Positions 25,634-38,978 of a DNA stretch of 64,000 nt are shown piece by piece. Under the pieces are notes generated by a model that searched no databases, had not been told where the DNA came from, and was given only the letters and a program-made list of their open reading frames with translations. The number at the start of each line of letters is the position of its first letter. The first letter of the stretch is position 1. The translations under genes and the position numbers were made by a program. Source of the stretch: Amoebidium appalachense (lineage: Eukaryota > Protista > Ichthyosporea); NCBI GenBank assembly GCA_963693365.1, contig CAVNZM010000015.1:5339502-5403501 (forward strand), in the 5' to 3' direction.

Positions 25634-25722
25634 ATGGAGTTAAGTCATGGAGTTCAGTCATGGAGTTCAGTCATGGAGTTCAGTCATGGAGTTCAGTCAT
25701 GGAGTTCAGTCATGGAGTTAAC
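25634..25722. repeat. 13-bp tandem array ATGGAGTT(C/A)AGTC inside the LTR (also ~26297-26398 and ~26974-27062)
   Basis: 6, 7 and 6 full units plus a partial unit in LTR1, LTR2 and LTR3 respectively. Confidence 0.95.
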
Positions 25723-27592
25723 ACACTGAAAGCAGTAAAAAACGGGTCAGCGCCCAAGCGCGCCACGACGACCCTAGTCACAGCGGACTCTACTTCCAAC
25801 AGGGTTATGGGCCCAGACACGACACCGCGGCCTCTAACTTCATTAGAGACTTTCGCTTCCACAAACTCCATCCGCAGCAGCCTGCGACATCAACGTCAAG
25901 TATTCCACTTCATTGGCGGGGCACGCACCACAGTGGAATGCACACCCCGGTCTACCCTGCAAGCAGCCACACTCACTCTCTCTTCTCTAGTGGTGTGTAC
26001 ACTTCTCCAATTGGGTAGGGGTGTTGGAGTGCAGACTTACGCTCACTCCACAATATGTGTATGTTAGCTTTACAATTGGTTCCGTGTACACAGACACACG
26101 CTGACACTCGATCACCACATGCACATCTGCATAGTTGAGGAATGTTGCCAATTGTGTTTTGACTGCAAACGATTGGTTCACTGGTCCCAGAGATCTCTAA
26201 ATGAAAGTAACCAATCCGATTAGCGCCTGGCATCCGGATTACATTCCAGACTGCTGCCCCACGGGTATATAAACCACGGCTCTGCCAGGTGCAGAAATGG
26301 AGTTCAGTCATGGAGTTCAGTCATGGAGTTCAGTCATGGAGTTCAGTCATGGAGTTCAGTCATGGAGTTCAGTCATGGAGTTCAGTCATGGAGTTAACAC
26401 ACTGAAAGCAGTAAAAAAACGGGTCAGCGCCCAAGCGCGCCACGACGACCCTAGTCACAGCGGACTCTACTTCCAACAGGGTTATGGGCCCAGACACGAC
26501 ACCGCGGCCTCTAACTTCATTAGAGACTTTCGCTTCCACAAACTCCATCCGCAGCAGCCTGCGACATCAACGTCAAGTATTCCACTTCATTGGCGGGGCA
26601 CGCACCACAGTGGAATGCACACCCCGGTCTACCCTGCAAGCAGCCACACTCACTCTCTCTTCTCTAGTGGTGTGTACACTTCTCCAATTGGGTAGGGGTG
26701 TTGGAGTGCAGACTTACGCTCACTCCACAATATGTGTATGTTAGCTTTACAATTGGTTCCGTGTACACAGACACACGCTGACACTCGATCACCACATGCA
26801 CATCTGCATAGTTGAGGAATGTTGCCAATTGTGTTTTGACTGCAAACGATTGGTTCACTGGTCCCAGAGATCTCTAAATGAAAGTAACCAATCCGATTAG
26901 CGCCTGGCATCCGGATTACATTCCAGACTGCTGCCCCACGGGTATATAAACCACGGCTCTGCCAGGTGCAGAAATGGAGTTAAGTCATGGAGTTCAGTCA
27001 TGGAGTTCAGTCATGGAGTTAAGTCATGGAGTTAAGTCATGGAGTTCAGTCATGGAGTTAACACACTGAAAGCAGTAAAAAAAACGGGTCAGCGCCCAAG
27101 CGCGCCACGACGACCCTAGTCACAGCGGACTCTACTTCCAACACAGGGGTCATTCAGGATCAAGATAATTCACCTATAAGATAAATAGTACTAGATTTTT
27201 TAAAAAAAATTAAGATTCTAGGGGCTACCGAGGCTGGGGGGAAAATAAGATAACGGGGAAGGGGGAGAAGGGGGGGGGGGGGGGAGGGGGGGGGACAGGC
27301 CCGGGGATTCGGAGGGGGGAATGTGGCCTCCCTACTTATAATTAGTCCGAGTCCGTAGTATTATTATTATTAGGCTGTGCACAAGAAAAGCCCTTCCGTG
27401 CAGTAGATCCGAATTTCTTTTCTAATAAGCTTGAAGTCCTCTGTAAGCTTTTGCTTCGTTACCAATCAAAAGACCGAAAAGGTCAATGTGTTTGTGTGTG
27501 TGGGTGGGTGTGTGTGGGTGTGTGGGTGTGTGGGTGTGTGGGTGTGTGGGTGTGTGTGTGGCCATGGGGGGGGGGGGGGGGTCCTGTCCTTG

Positions 27593-27751
<159 letters not shown>

Positions 27752-27834
27752 AACCGGCTAAGAAGAGTGTAACGGTTTACATTAACGGGCACACGGTGCC
27801 TGGACAGGGACTCCCCCGAGCTCTACTATGCACC

Positions 27835-27956
27835 TTTCTGTGCCAAAATGTGTGCATATATCTGTGTGTACATTTGGTTTTTGTGTTCGTTTCTCACTGT
27901 GTGCTTGTGTGTGTGTGTGTGTGGTGTGTGTGTGTGTGTGCAGGTATGTGTATCAC

Positions 27957-28002
<46 letters not shown>

Positions 28003-28357
28003 TGTGTCTACGGCCGGGTCACGGTGCACGGTGTGTGTGTGGCCCCCCTCCCCCCTGCCCCCCCCTGGCCTGTGGGTCCTTTTTTTGGGCTGCGGGGTAC
28101 TTTTTTTTTTTTTGGGGGGGGGGGGGGGGGGGAGGGGGCTGTGCGAAAATGTGTGCATATGTCTGTATGCACATTTGGATTACCTGTGCGTTTGAGGCTG
28201 TGTGTGTTTGTGTGTGTGTGTGTGTGTGCACGTGTGTATCACAATGTGTGTGTGTGTTTTTGTGTGTGTGTGTCCGTGTGACGGTGCACGGTGTGTGTGC
28301 GTATCCCTCCAACCCCCCCCCCCCTCCCTGTCCTGTAGGTCCTCTTTATGGGCGGGG

Positions 28358-28392
<35 letters not shown>

Positions 28393-28401
28393 CCCTCCCT
28401 T

Positions 28402-28443
<42 letters not shown>

Positions 28444-28640
28444 GGCTGTGCGAAAATGTGTGCATCTGTCTGAGGGTACATTTGGATTTTGTGCTCGTTT
28501 GTCACTCTGTATGTTGTGAGTGTGTGGTGTGTGTGTGTATGTGTGTGCACGTGTGTATCACAATGTAGTGTGGGTCACAGTGTCTCCGTGTCTCCGTGTC
28601 ACGGACCTCACGGTGCACGGTGTGTGTGTATGTCCCCCCC

Positions 28641-28698
<58 letters not shown>

Positions 28699-28730
28699 CC
28701 CGCAGCCCAGAAGAAGGACCCACAGGACCT
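27835..28730. repeat. Three diverged ~300-bp tandem units plus one inverted segment inside the TA-flanked MITE
   Basis: tgtgc(c/g)aaaatgtgtgcat...catttgg at ~27839, ~28140 and ~28447. cctgtgggtcct...gggctgcggg (~28069-28097) is inverted at ~28699-28726. Confidence 0.75.
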
Positions 28731-29298
28731 GGGCGGGCGGGCGGGCAGGTGGGCGGGAGGGCACGTGGGGGGGGGGGGGGGGGGGGGGGGGATAAGATAA
28801 TGAACCCTACGGCCGAGAAACCATCAGATTTTAGACCCTAAACCGCATTTACCTGTTATCTTAAAAGTGAACGACCCCTGTAACTTAATAGAAGTCACTC
28901 TTGATCACATGAAACTCAGGCTGTATGTCTAATTGGCTAGATCCCTCCCCCCCCCCCCCCCCCTCGCCCGGGGCCCCCTGTCCCTCCCACCCCCCCCCCC
29001 TCCCCCCCCCTCCCCGCCCCCCCCTCTCACACACGTCTCTATTCACCTCACCGCGCGCACACACAGCACACACTTTCACACTTATCCAATTAACGCGTGC
29101 CTGCACGCATGTACCACACATGCACACGAGGTGCACAAACTTTGACCAGCGATGAGCACCCGAAAAGAACATCATTGGCAAATACACTAACCCACACCAC
29201 ACACACATACATTCGTCGCCACACAGATGTGCACACGAACACTGCATGGTTAGCAGGATAACTTTGCCCTCACTACTAACTTGACCGATGCATGTGTG

Positions 29299-29418
<120 letters not shown>

Positions 29419-29746
29419 CGTGCACATGTGCACATGCATTTACTTGTGTAAACGAGCAGGGTGAAGGGGGGGGGGGCAGGAGAGGGGAGGGAGGAGGTGA
29501 GTGAGGCGGGAGGAGCCGGGGGGAGGGGGGGGAGGGGGGGGAAGGGAGGGGGGGGGGTTCGTTTAACGAAAATATTACGGCGCAAATAGTACACGTTTGC
29601 CGCGGACAACACAAAGCAAAGAACACACAATGAGTATGCATCCGGCAGAAGAAGCAGCACTAACTTAAACGGGTGGCCGAAACTTTGAATGCATGTGTGT
29701 GTATGCACGCGCGTGTGCGTGCGTGCGTGTGTGTGCGCGTGTGTAT

Positions 29747-29791
<45 letters not shown>

Positions 29792-30062
29792 AGTGTGTGT
29801 GGTGCGTGTGTATGAGGGGGCCGGGGGGAGGCATGGGGGGGATATGCATCAGTGGCCAAAGCGGAACATCGATTGAATTCCTCAAAATAAAAAAAAGTAA
29901 CAAATACATGTACAATTCTGGTGGGTGGAAAAGAGACTCTGGTCATGATCACGCGCATGGGCGGGGTTTCACGGGGGGGGGGGGGGGGGGGGGGGACCCA
30001 CCACCCCATTCACCCAGGTGGTTCTCCCCCCGGAGGGACCCCCCCCCCCCCCTTGAAGGGGT

Positions 30063-30098
<36 letters not shown>

Positions 30099-30936
30099 AG
30101 GGGGGGGGGAGGGAGGTACCACCAGGGTGGACGTCGCTATTAGCTACTGCCCCCCCTCCCCTCCCCCCCCCCATTTCAAATTCAAAAATCCCTTATGTAC
30201 GTGAAACTGGTTCGTTTTCTTATTCAAGGGGCTGTGGACCACGTCTCTTGAACACTCATGACAAAAGCCTCACGTTCGCTAGGTCTTACGTGAACCTGAC
30301 AGTGATATTCAAGAAATCTATGGAGCCATGTGTTCGTTTTTACACGAACCTGGCAAGGCTTTGGGATACAGAAACGATAGGCATGCCTTGAAATTGTTGC
30401 AAAAATTTCGGAGGTTTCCCACGTGCTGCTGAGGATCTGACTCGTGCCACTGCTTGGCGTATGCTCTCTATAGAGTCTGTACTGAGGGTGAAAGAATGAA
30501 ATTTCTCTTTCGAACCTCCAGGTCATGTCTGAACTTATAATGCTGTGAAGTAAGCAAACCATCATTAATATTAACATCCTGACAATTTTAATGACACAGA
30601 AGTGAAAAGAGCACACAGAGTTTTATCTGTAGTATGAGCCCCTGTCTACAGTGACTTAAATTTTTGGTAGGATTTATCAAATATAAAATTTCCGATTTTT
30701 TCACAACTTCCCCTCGGCCCCCCCGGCCCCCCCCCCCCCCACCCCCCCTCTCCCCGGGGGCTCCCTCCCGGCCCCCTCCCCTTCCACATCCCCATCCCCC
30801 GAGGCAAGCGCGAGTGACCTCAGTCACATGATGCTCGACAGACAACTGTTGCATAGGCACAACGGTATTCACACACGCGCGCGCCCCACGCACACACGTG
30901 CACTGGCTGGAACGCGCGCACACGCACCGTACACTA

Positions 30937-31004
<68 letters not shown>

Positions 31005-31651
31005 CCGCCTCCTTTTTTGTTGTTGTATGCCTGCTTGTCCATGTGGTGTGTGTGTGTGCGCGCGCGTGCGTGCGCGTCTACGTGGGTGTTTGCCTTCGTG
31101 TGTGTGCTCGAGCATGCGTCCGCAGTCTTTGCATGGTTTAGTTTATACCATGCGTAATGAAATGTTTCCTGAACATACTCATAAATTTAAGTGAAGGTGT
31201 TCCCTGACCATAAACTGTAACAGCTGCACCTTTTGAAAGCAGCTAATATCATACTAAACATTCATAGCACCATTTATAATTCAGGTGTTGATATTACTAC
31301 AGTTCCAGATTCTGTAGACACATATTAAAGTACTGAACTTGGGCCAACAATTCTAAATAAAAAGCAGGGAAGCATTAAACGTCCAGAGCTGATTACCATA
31401 TAGAACTACGGAAGCATAAGTCTTGTTGTTGTATCATTTTTGGGTCTACGTACGGTAAGTCTCAATGAAATACGCCATCCCCATACTATGTTTCAATCTA
31501 AGTGGCTCGGCTAAAACACTGTCTAGCTAAAACCGAAAACTTAAGATAAAAGTTTTTGTGCATGAAACATTCAAAGAGCAAACCATCCAAATCTCACCGA
31601 ATACCTGCTAATTTCTACGCCCATATTATTTGGATATGGGACCTCTAAAGT

Positions 31652-33559
31652 TCACACCCTAGCCTTAAGCCCTCTCGCCTTCTTATACCTGGGCAGTGTG
31701 TCCGTGCACATCATGAAGTACACTTGCCCCTGAGCCTCGTCAAAAATATTCGCCCTACTCTGAACGGCTAATTTTTCCGCTGAAGGGCGGTTTTGTGTTT
31801 GCGTCTGCAAAGTTTCCATGAAAATTTGGGCGGCCCCTAGAGAGGGCAGGGAGGGCCTGGATGTTGAAGCTGCGGAATGTGTAGTTGAAGAATCCCCCCG
31901 CGGTAATCTCGTATTTGTCGCCAGTTGTTTCTCTTTGACGTCGGTGTTCGAAGGGACCGTATCGGTTAAGCAACTTTCACCGAACACTTCCACAGACCCC
32001 CGATTCATGCGCACAATTTGGCGATTCACGTGCGACTCTTGGGAGACCTGCGCCTGCATTGGCCAATCATCAATCGCATTTTCAACGGCGTGAATTGTTT
32101 GCGCGGGAATATTGACCTCGAAGGGTGCGGAAGGGGCCAGAAACATACCATATATGGCATGAGCCATGTCACGTGCTTTCTTGGACCCCAAATTTGCGGT
32201 TTTTCGGTAGACCTCAACGGCCTCCCAAAACTGAAGATTCTCCACAGACAGTTCCCCTGCGAGAAACATGCGGAAATCGTGCCGTTCGGTGGGCAACGCC
32301 AGAATCATAGTGAGCTCTGATTTCGGCCCAAATAGACTCGAGCTTCGGCGTATGTTCCTCGTGACAAACCCGCTCTTTTTAACGATGATAACAGGCCACA
32401 CAATGAGAAGAAAAAGACATACAGCGAAAGTAGCAAGTGGGGTCAGACGCATGATTACTAACGACGCCAACCGGATATTCCATTCGTGCTGTGTAGGCCA
32501 TTTGGGTGAAAATTCGTTTATGATCATTGTGCTAGCGAATAGCGACACTCCGATGGTGGCGAGAAAAATGCTTACGAGTGTTGAATGCTGTGTGATGGCT
32601 GTGGTGTCATGCACGGCCTGTGTGTGTTTAATACCAACGTGCGTTAAAACAGCGACCAAAGGAACAATGACCCCTGCCCAAATAATCGTCGTGTAGCTGT
32701 AAATCTGATTGGGTCGTACGTTTAACGGCCACGTTCCATTGGCCATTGATATAAATACCTCCTGCCGCTCGCTGTCGCTCTGGTACGGGGTCCATCGCGT
32801 GATCCCAAAAAGGGCCCCAAAAACGACAAAGGATATCAAAAACGTGAGGCACGCAACCCCCTTAACCCGCATGAACTTAACCACCGTGACGAGAGTTGGC
32901 AATTTTTTCTCGTCGGCGACACCCACATAACACGCCGCGTCGGCATGCTGCAACTGTTCTGGGTCTGTTGGTTTGTCTGGAAACAAGCACGGATCTCCCT
33001 CGTTTGTAGTGTCGCCCCCCGTGATACTGTGTTTCTTTCCATGCTCGTAAGGTGTGCATTCAGCAAAACTGTTCGAGGAATTATCCATCGCCGATTTTCC
33101 GGGTACGTGCCAGCCACCGCCATGCAGCAGAAACACGGTGCACATGTGTGCGTAGAGTAGGTGCAGGCATCGTGACGTGTAAAGCGCGCACACACCCGTA
33201 ACCCCGAGCATTAAAGGAGCGAGGATAAAGGTTGCATAACCCCACGGCTGGTCCTGCATGCACAGACCGTTAAAGTCATGCCGTGACGGAACATAACACA
33301 CTGCCCATCTCACCATGTAGTAGACGCTCCACATGTTTGCAACTAGGGTTAATGTTGCTGCCTGTAAAGGAAATTGCTCGGAAATGGGGAATCGTCGGCG
33401 CCAGCGCAGGTACAATATCGTGCAGAGTATGTTAAGGGTGGTAAGGGTGGGTGTGGCGGCCAAGTAGAGGTACATGACAACAACGGTCGCGACGCGTTGT
33501 TGCTCTTTGAGAATGGCGATGTGGTCTAAAAACGCAGTGTTGTTGGTGGTGGAAGACAT
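31652..33559 (-). CDS. Intronless 7TM-RGS protein (seven predicted TM helices plus a C-terminal regulator of G-protein signalling domain), 635 aa
   Basis: Clean 1908-nt ORF with about seven hydrophobic segments. RGS motifs FRMFLAGELSVENLQFWEAV, AIYGMFLAPSAPFEVNIP and IFDEAQGQVYFMMCTDTLPRY. Confidence 0.93.
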   Translation of the reverse strand: MSSTTNNTAFLDHIAILKEQQRVATVVVMYLYLAATPTLTTLNILCTILYLRWRRRFPISEQFPLQAATLTLVANMWSVYYMVRWAVCYVPSRHDFNGLCMQDQPWGYATFILAPLMLGVTGVCALYTSRCLHLLYAHMCTVFLLHGGGWHVPGKSAMDNSSNSFAECTPYEHGKKHSITGGDTTNEGDPCLFPDKPTDPEQLQHADAACYVGVADEKKLPTLVTVVKFMRVKGVACLTFLISFVVFGALFGITRWTPYQSDSERQEVFISMANGTWPLNVRPNQIYSYTTIIWAGVIVPLVAVLTHVGIKHTQAVHDTTAITQHSTLVSIFLATIGVSLFASTMIINEFSPKWPTQHEWNIRLASLVIMRLTPLATFAVCLFLLIVWPVIIVKKSGFVTRNIRRSSSLFGPKSELTMILALPTERHDFRMFLAGELSVENLQFWEAVEVYRKTANLGSKKARDMAHAIYGMFLAPSAPFEVNIPAQTIHAVENAIDDWPMQAQVSQESHVNRQIVRMNRGSVEVFGESCLTDTVPSNTDVKEKQLATNTRLPRGDSSTTHSAASTSRPSLPSLGAAQIFMETLQTQTQNRPSAEKLAVQSRANIFDEAQGQVYFMMCTDTLPRYKKARGLKARV

Positions 33560-34923
33560 GGTGTCGTGGTGAATTTGCCCTGTAAATGTGTGATGGTGTT
33601 AATGTGGTGTGTGAGGATGTAAGGAAGCGAAAATGGTAGTGCAGTTAGATAGAGGTGACGTAACGGTTCTGTTGGGAAGATGTGCCTACTGCATATAAAT
33701 GCCGACTGGTAACTTGTCAAGTAGCTGTGGTGGTTTCAGGTTGCACTTGTGTGACACAGTAGGTTTACTCGTCATCTGCACGCGGCCGTTCAGAAGGCCT
33801 ACACGTAGTCTGTGTCCCGCTACACAATCCTCTGAACTAGCTATAGGACAGGACTGAACATGGCTTGCCACTGTCCTGAAGCGGACACGTATAAAGGCCA
33901 AAACTGGGTCTCTGCAAAATTCCTACGATGCAAAACTTCGAGTACTTCAGCACTGTGCAGCACAAGCATATATGGCAGTTCATTTGACTGTTAAAGTGAG
34001 TATTAATATAAAGAAAACTAGCACAGAAAGAACCCGTGTGCCAAATTCGAGTGAACGTGGGTAAACTGTGTAAATTTAAACCCCTAATGTCTACAATTAT
34101 ATCTTGACCTGCAGCTGGCGGATACCTATGAAGGTAATTACCAGTAATAAAAATTATTATTATGCCACTATTATGTATATACAATCAGTGAGAGAAATGG
34201 AGAGAAATCATGCAGTTCGTATGCATCGGAAACTTTGGAGTGCTGCATGGTTCGAACGACTGCTGCCAGTATCATCTGTGTGTCATGAATGAAAGCTACT
34301 TTTCTGAAGAATCTACAAAAAAGTGCACTTTTTTGAAAGTACTCGAGTTGTACATGTCTCGAGAGTACGCGTGCTGTGCTCATGTGGAATCTAAAGATAA
34401 CGGCAGCCGCCCCCTCCTTCATGTGGCCCGCGCCCAATCTCGGCGTATACACGGAAAGAAGTGTCACACCGGGCCCCCACCGGTACCGGGGCGAAAATTC
34501 GAGTTGCGAAGAATGGTTTCGGGCCTGATGGAGGCGAGGCCCGAAACCATTCTTCGCACCTCGAATTCTTGAACTCGAATTTTGAATACATACCGGCACA
34601 AGGTACCCTACTTCGATTACCAATTTGAAAAACCCCTAATTTTATTTACTAAGTTTCAAATATTTTGAATTCCAGTTTTGAACCAGCCGAAAATTCCATG
34701 GAAGGTAAGGTAATTACTAATTAGTTAATTTTGTTAAAACCTTAACGTCCGTTGGTTACTTATCATGCACGCGCATTCTTTTAAGAAACGGCCTGTGGTC
34801 GGCTGTGGGTTATGATTGGTGCTTTCTAGGGCGGGGGCCTTTTAGGTTAGCCTTTTTAGGTAATGGTATGGGATGCGCTCCAAGGGCCTCCCTAGTAGTC
34901 TTACCCGACAGGCAGAGTAAAGA

Positions 34924-35033
34924 TAGTCTCCAAGGATATGTATCCACTGGCTTACGTAAGTGGCCGGGCACTACTACGCCACGGAAAAGAAAGAAAAAAA
35001 AGAGGGCAGGGAAGACAGCACTCAGAGTGACTA
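34924..35033. mobile_element. Short dispersed element, copy 2, with a probable 9-bp TSD
   Basis: Homologous to 21091-21244; flanks are GAGTAAAGA (34915-34923) and GAGTAGAGA (35034-35042). Confidence 0.72.
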
Positions 35034-36477
35034 GAGTAGAGAGGGCTTCCGCCCCAATGAGTCATCTATGATTCTATCGGTATGCATATGTCAATTGCAA
35101 GTTGTCACGAGTCAGCTCAGCACGTACCACCGTGTGCACACGTACGTCGAATGCGCGGCATGGACTGACTACATACGCGTAACGGGTTGGAGTATGCATA
35201 TGCATCGCAGCACTGCATCATACGCATGCTCCTATATATATATTCAAGGCATGGCTACACAGATTTGGTCTGCGCGCTGGCCAGGTTAAAAACGTGCACT
35301 AATATATCATGTCCCAACACAACCTTTCTGACTGAAAAGAAAAATATTTTCATCGTCATCTCCGAATGGTCGCATCAAAGTACTCCCCAAACTCATCTGA
35401 AGAGGATACTGTTCCATCACTGAAACGCTGGCTTTAGCGGCGTCGACGTTTAAAACTTGCATACAATAATATATTAAGGGTCTCAACACTTTGGAAAAGT
35501 CTTAACTATTTATTTTTTATAAAGCGGATGAAGTTTCAATGTTGAATCAACGAAAGTCATAAAAAGTGTCACTACCCTGATATGTCTTTCTGTGGTGTTT
35601 GTGATATCTCGTCAGGGCCTTGCACAAGTCTTCGCAATACTGTCAAAGTTATATCTATATACTTACACTTTCGAAGATATATATGGAAAGCTCAATCGAG
35701 CCCTTATGAGTTCCAATAGCATTTTTATAGAAAGCATTGCCAATTAATTTTATACATAGGAGGCTCTTACATAGGAGAGCCCAAAAAATGTTGATAACCA
35801 TAGAAGGTTTTGGGAGATCCCTGACAATGAAACGAATCCATTTAAACGATGAGCTTTGACCAATCATCATTAAGATTGGCACATTCCCCGAGCCAGAAAA
35901 CATTCCAATGATTCCACCACTGCACAAGATTTTCGAGTCTACGCTGAGTCACTCCGGGTTCCGGGTCCGTCATGCCGCATTGCAATTGAGTCATCACTCA
36001 ACCACTCAACACGTGTTCAAGGCACGCATGATTTTGCTCACTCACATGCACATGTAGGTACACGCATAATGTCGCATATGCATGACATGATGACACACAC
36101 ACGCGCACATGTGATATGTATAAGTAAATGTCTATATAGTATAGAACTAATATAATTTTGTGCACGTGCTCACCCACGAGACGGGCACCACGTCACGGCC
36201 TCATGATCACCCAGGCACGTGCACCGGTACACATGTATCACGGCAGCTGATGGCATACGGACATCACGCAGTACATGTCGACAGGGGTACCACGTGGCTG
36301 CACGTGCCTGTCACAGTGCACATGCTCACGGCCGGCATGCATGTGGCGTGGCAACTGAGCACGTGACAAGCATACAAGGGTATGAGATGTGTGTACTGGC
36401 ATACAGTGGCCCCGCAAAACCACGCACACACGCGCGCACATGTGCGCACGTACGGCAAACAAAGACACACACAGTCA

Positions 36478-36567
<90 letters not shown>

Positions 36568-36583
36568 TCACGCACACACAGTG

Positions 36584-36665
<82 letters not shown>

Positions 36666-37107
36666 TGTCACACACACACACACACAAACACACACAAACG
36701 TACACACACATACGTACACACAACATACACTTGCAACTTTGACTCAGCGACTACTACTAGCTTTCTAAACCCCTTCCCTACACCCATTGCCATCGGTGCA
36801 TTTCCCCCTCCAGATTCCCTCTGAGATCTCAATATGTTAGGATTCCTATCCCGCCGTGACCCTCCTTCTCCCGGTTCTCTCCCTCTCCCTCTCCCTCTCC
36901 TTTTTCCTCTCCATCTCCCACTCCTCCCCTCATCCGCCTCTCTGTTGCACATACGATCATGCATGTACATGTATCGTTAGCAACGTACACCACGGCACAC
37001 TATACATACAGTCACGCGCGCACACACACATGCACACACTGGCACGCGCGTGTGGGCGCGCGCACACACACGCATACTAAGTCTTGGCATGCACGCACGT
37101 CACACGC

Positions 37108-37166
<59 letters not shown>

Positions 37167-37933
37167 GTGTAGCATATGATAGTAGCGGAAACGTGCACGA
37201 GTAATGAGTGACAGGCAACCACTGTTTGCGTTTTGGACTACTGGTGAGCTTAAATTGTTCCAGCAGGTGTGCACGTGCGGCACACTTGTACATGGCTGTG
37301 TGTGCGCACGTCCGGTTTATCATGATTTGTCTCTGAAGCTACCCGGTAGTTCCGGGGCGGGGGAGGGGGGGGGAGATGGGAGCACCCTCTCCCTCCCCCC
37401 CCCCCCCCCCCCCCCCCTCTCCCTCCCTGAGAAATTATTATATTGAAATAGAACTTGATGATTATAATTTTTAACAAGTAGTGTTCACACTCCTCTCTCG
37501 CCATGTGCACCCTGCAACGTGTGGTTCTTCAAGTTTCAGTCATTTAGAAAGAAATTTTAGTACCTGAGACTCAAAGTGAAGAGACCCGTAGCCTATGTGG
37601 GTGTAGGGGAGGATTGATAATTATTGGGACTGGTAGGGTGGGCAAAAGGGAGCCTGTTTCAAAATTCGCAGATAACGGGCTTTATTTTGGATCTATTAAG
37701 ATTGTCAACCCGTGGGAAAAATTTAATGGCAATCATTTAAAATGTTGGTGGACGTGTGGGGAAGGACATGCATTATCATGCAGTGCCATCAGCCAAGCAG
37801 GGGGGCATAGAACCCTCGAGCTCCTCTAAATAGTGCAATATTTACTTTTGCAGAATTTTTGCTGCAATCACGTGAATCTCAGCCCGTATTAAGATAAGGC
37901 CATCCCCCAAACACAGTCGGACACGGAGTCAGG

Positions 37934-37996
<63 letters not shown>

Positions 37997-38369
37997 ACCC
38001 CCCACCAAAAAAAAAAAAGAAAAGAAAAGAAAAAGAAAAACTAATGTGAAACTAGTATAATGACAGCAAAAACAGATTTCACATATTGTAGCAAGTAAAA
38101 CCTCTTATAAAACACCCACACAGAACATTGCAGAGCCAGCCAGCTCTAACACATTAACTCATGGCAACCAGTATCCGAATCTTCCTGTGCTTTTTGGTGA
38201 ATGGGTTGAAACAGCGTAAATTGGGTACTAGTACCTAAAGCCACACCTTATCCAAGCAATTCTTTCATCACTTGTTGTGGCCCAAGTCAAAAAACGCTCC
38301 CCATAATGATGCAAATTTGCAGCTATCCATTGCACACCCCTAACACTCAGACGTGTAATGGTCTCCCCG

Positions 38370-38955
38370 TTTCAATCTAACGCAAACAACATAAAATTTA
38401 TCTCCCATTTCTTTCAAATGCAAACAACACAACATATCTCCTTTTTCTCTCTAACGCAAACAACTTATATCTTCCCTTTTTTAATATCGCAAACAAAAAA
38501 CATATATCTCCCCTTTTCTAGCAATCAAAATAAATACATCTCCTATTTTCCATATTTTGCAAACAAAAAATACAAAACTCCTATTTTCTATCCATCGCTC
38601 CAATCCCAACAAACAAAAACACCTATCTCCTATTTTCTATCTATTGCAAACAAAAAAAAAGTATCTCCTGTTCTCTATCCATCGCAAACCAAAAACTTAT
38701 ATCTCCCTAAATTTCTATCTAACACAAACAAAAAAACACATATCCCCCCTTTTCCATCTAATGCAAACAAAAATATCCCCCCCCCCCCCCTTCTATCTGA
38801 CGCAAACTAAAAAATGTATCTCCCCCTTTCCATCTAATGCAAACAAAAAAATACCCCCCCCCCCCCTCTCCCCCCCCCCCCCCCCCCGCCTCTTTCTATC
38901 TAACGCAAACAAAAAAACGTATCTCCCCTAGGCTATCTAGCGCAAACAAAAAAAA
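38370..38955. repeat. Degenerate ~35-40-bp minisatellite (core TCTAACGCAAACAAAAA...TATCTCCC) immediately 3' of the H2B-variant stop codon
   Basis: About 15 recurrences of gcaaacaa...atctcc. Confidence 0.85.
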
Positions 38956-38978
38956 ACGTCCACAATTTTATCTAATTA

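Larger units (their letters stand above)
25359..27143 (+). mobile_element. Tandem-array TRIM (non-autonomous copia-type LTR element): LTR1 25359-25801, internal 25802-26021, LTR2 26022-26478, internal 26479-26698, LTR3 26699-27143
   Basis: LTR termini TGTTGGA...TCCAACA and a 5-bp TSD CAGGG (25354-25358, 27144-27148). PBS GGTTATGGGCCCAG follows LTR1 and LTR2, and a purine tract GGGTAGGGG precedes LTR2 and LTR3. The two 220-bp internal regions look identical and are non-coding. Confidence 0.95.

Noticed and set aside
25319-26910. Repeated ORFs (MPGANRIGYF..., MEFSHGVQSW...)
   Set aside because: They are by-products of the triplicated LTR, with no gag, protease, RT or integrase motifs.
25634-27062. 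13-bp arrays as a CRISPR or telomeric repeat
   Set aside because: There are no unique spacers or cas genes, the context is eukaryotic, and the arrays sit inside LTRs.
30224-30616. Unique-sequence ORFs, possibly a transposase relic
   Set aside because: Stops in the best-looking frame and no recognisable catalytic motif.
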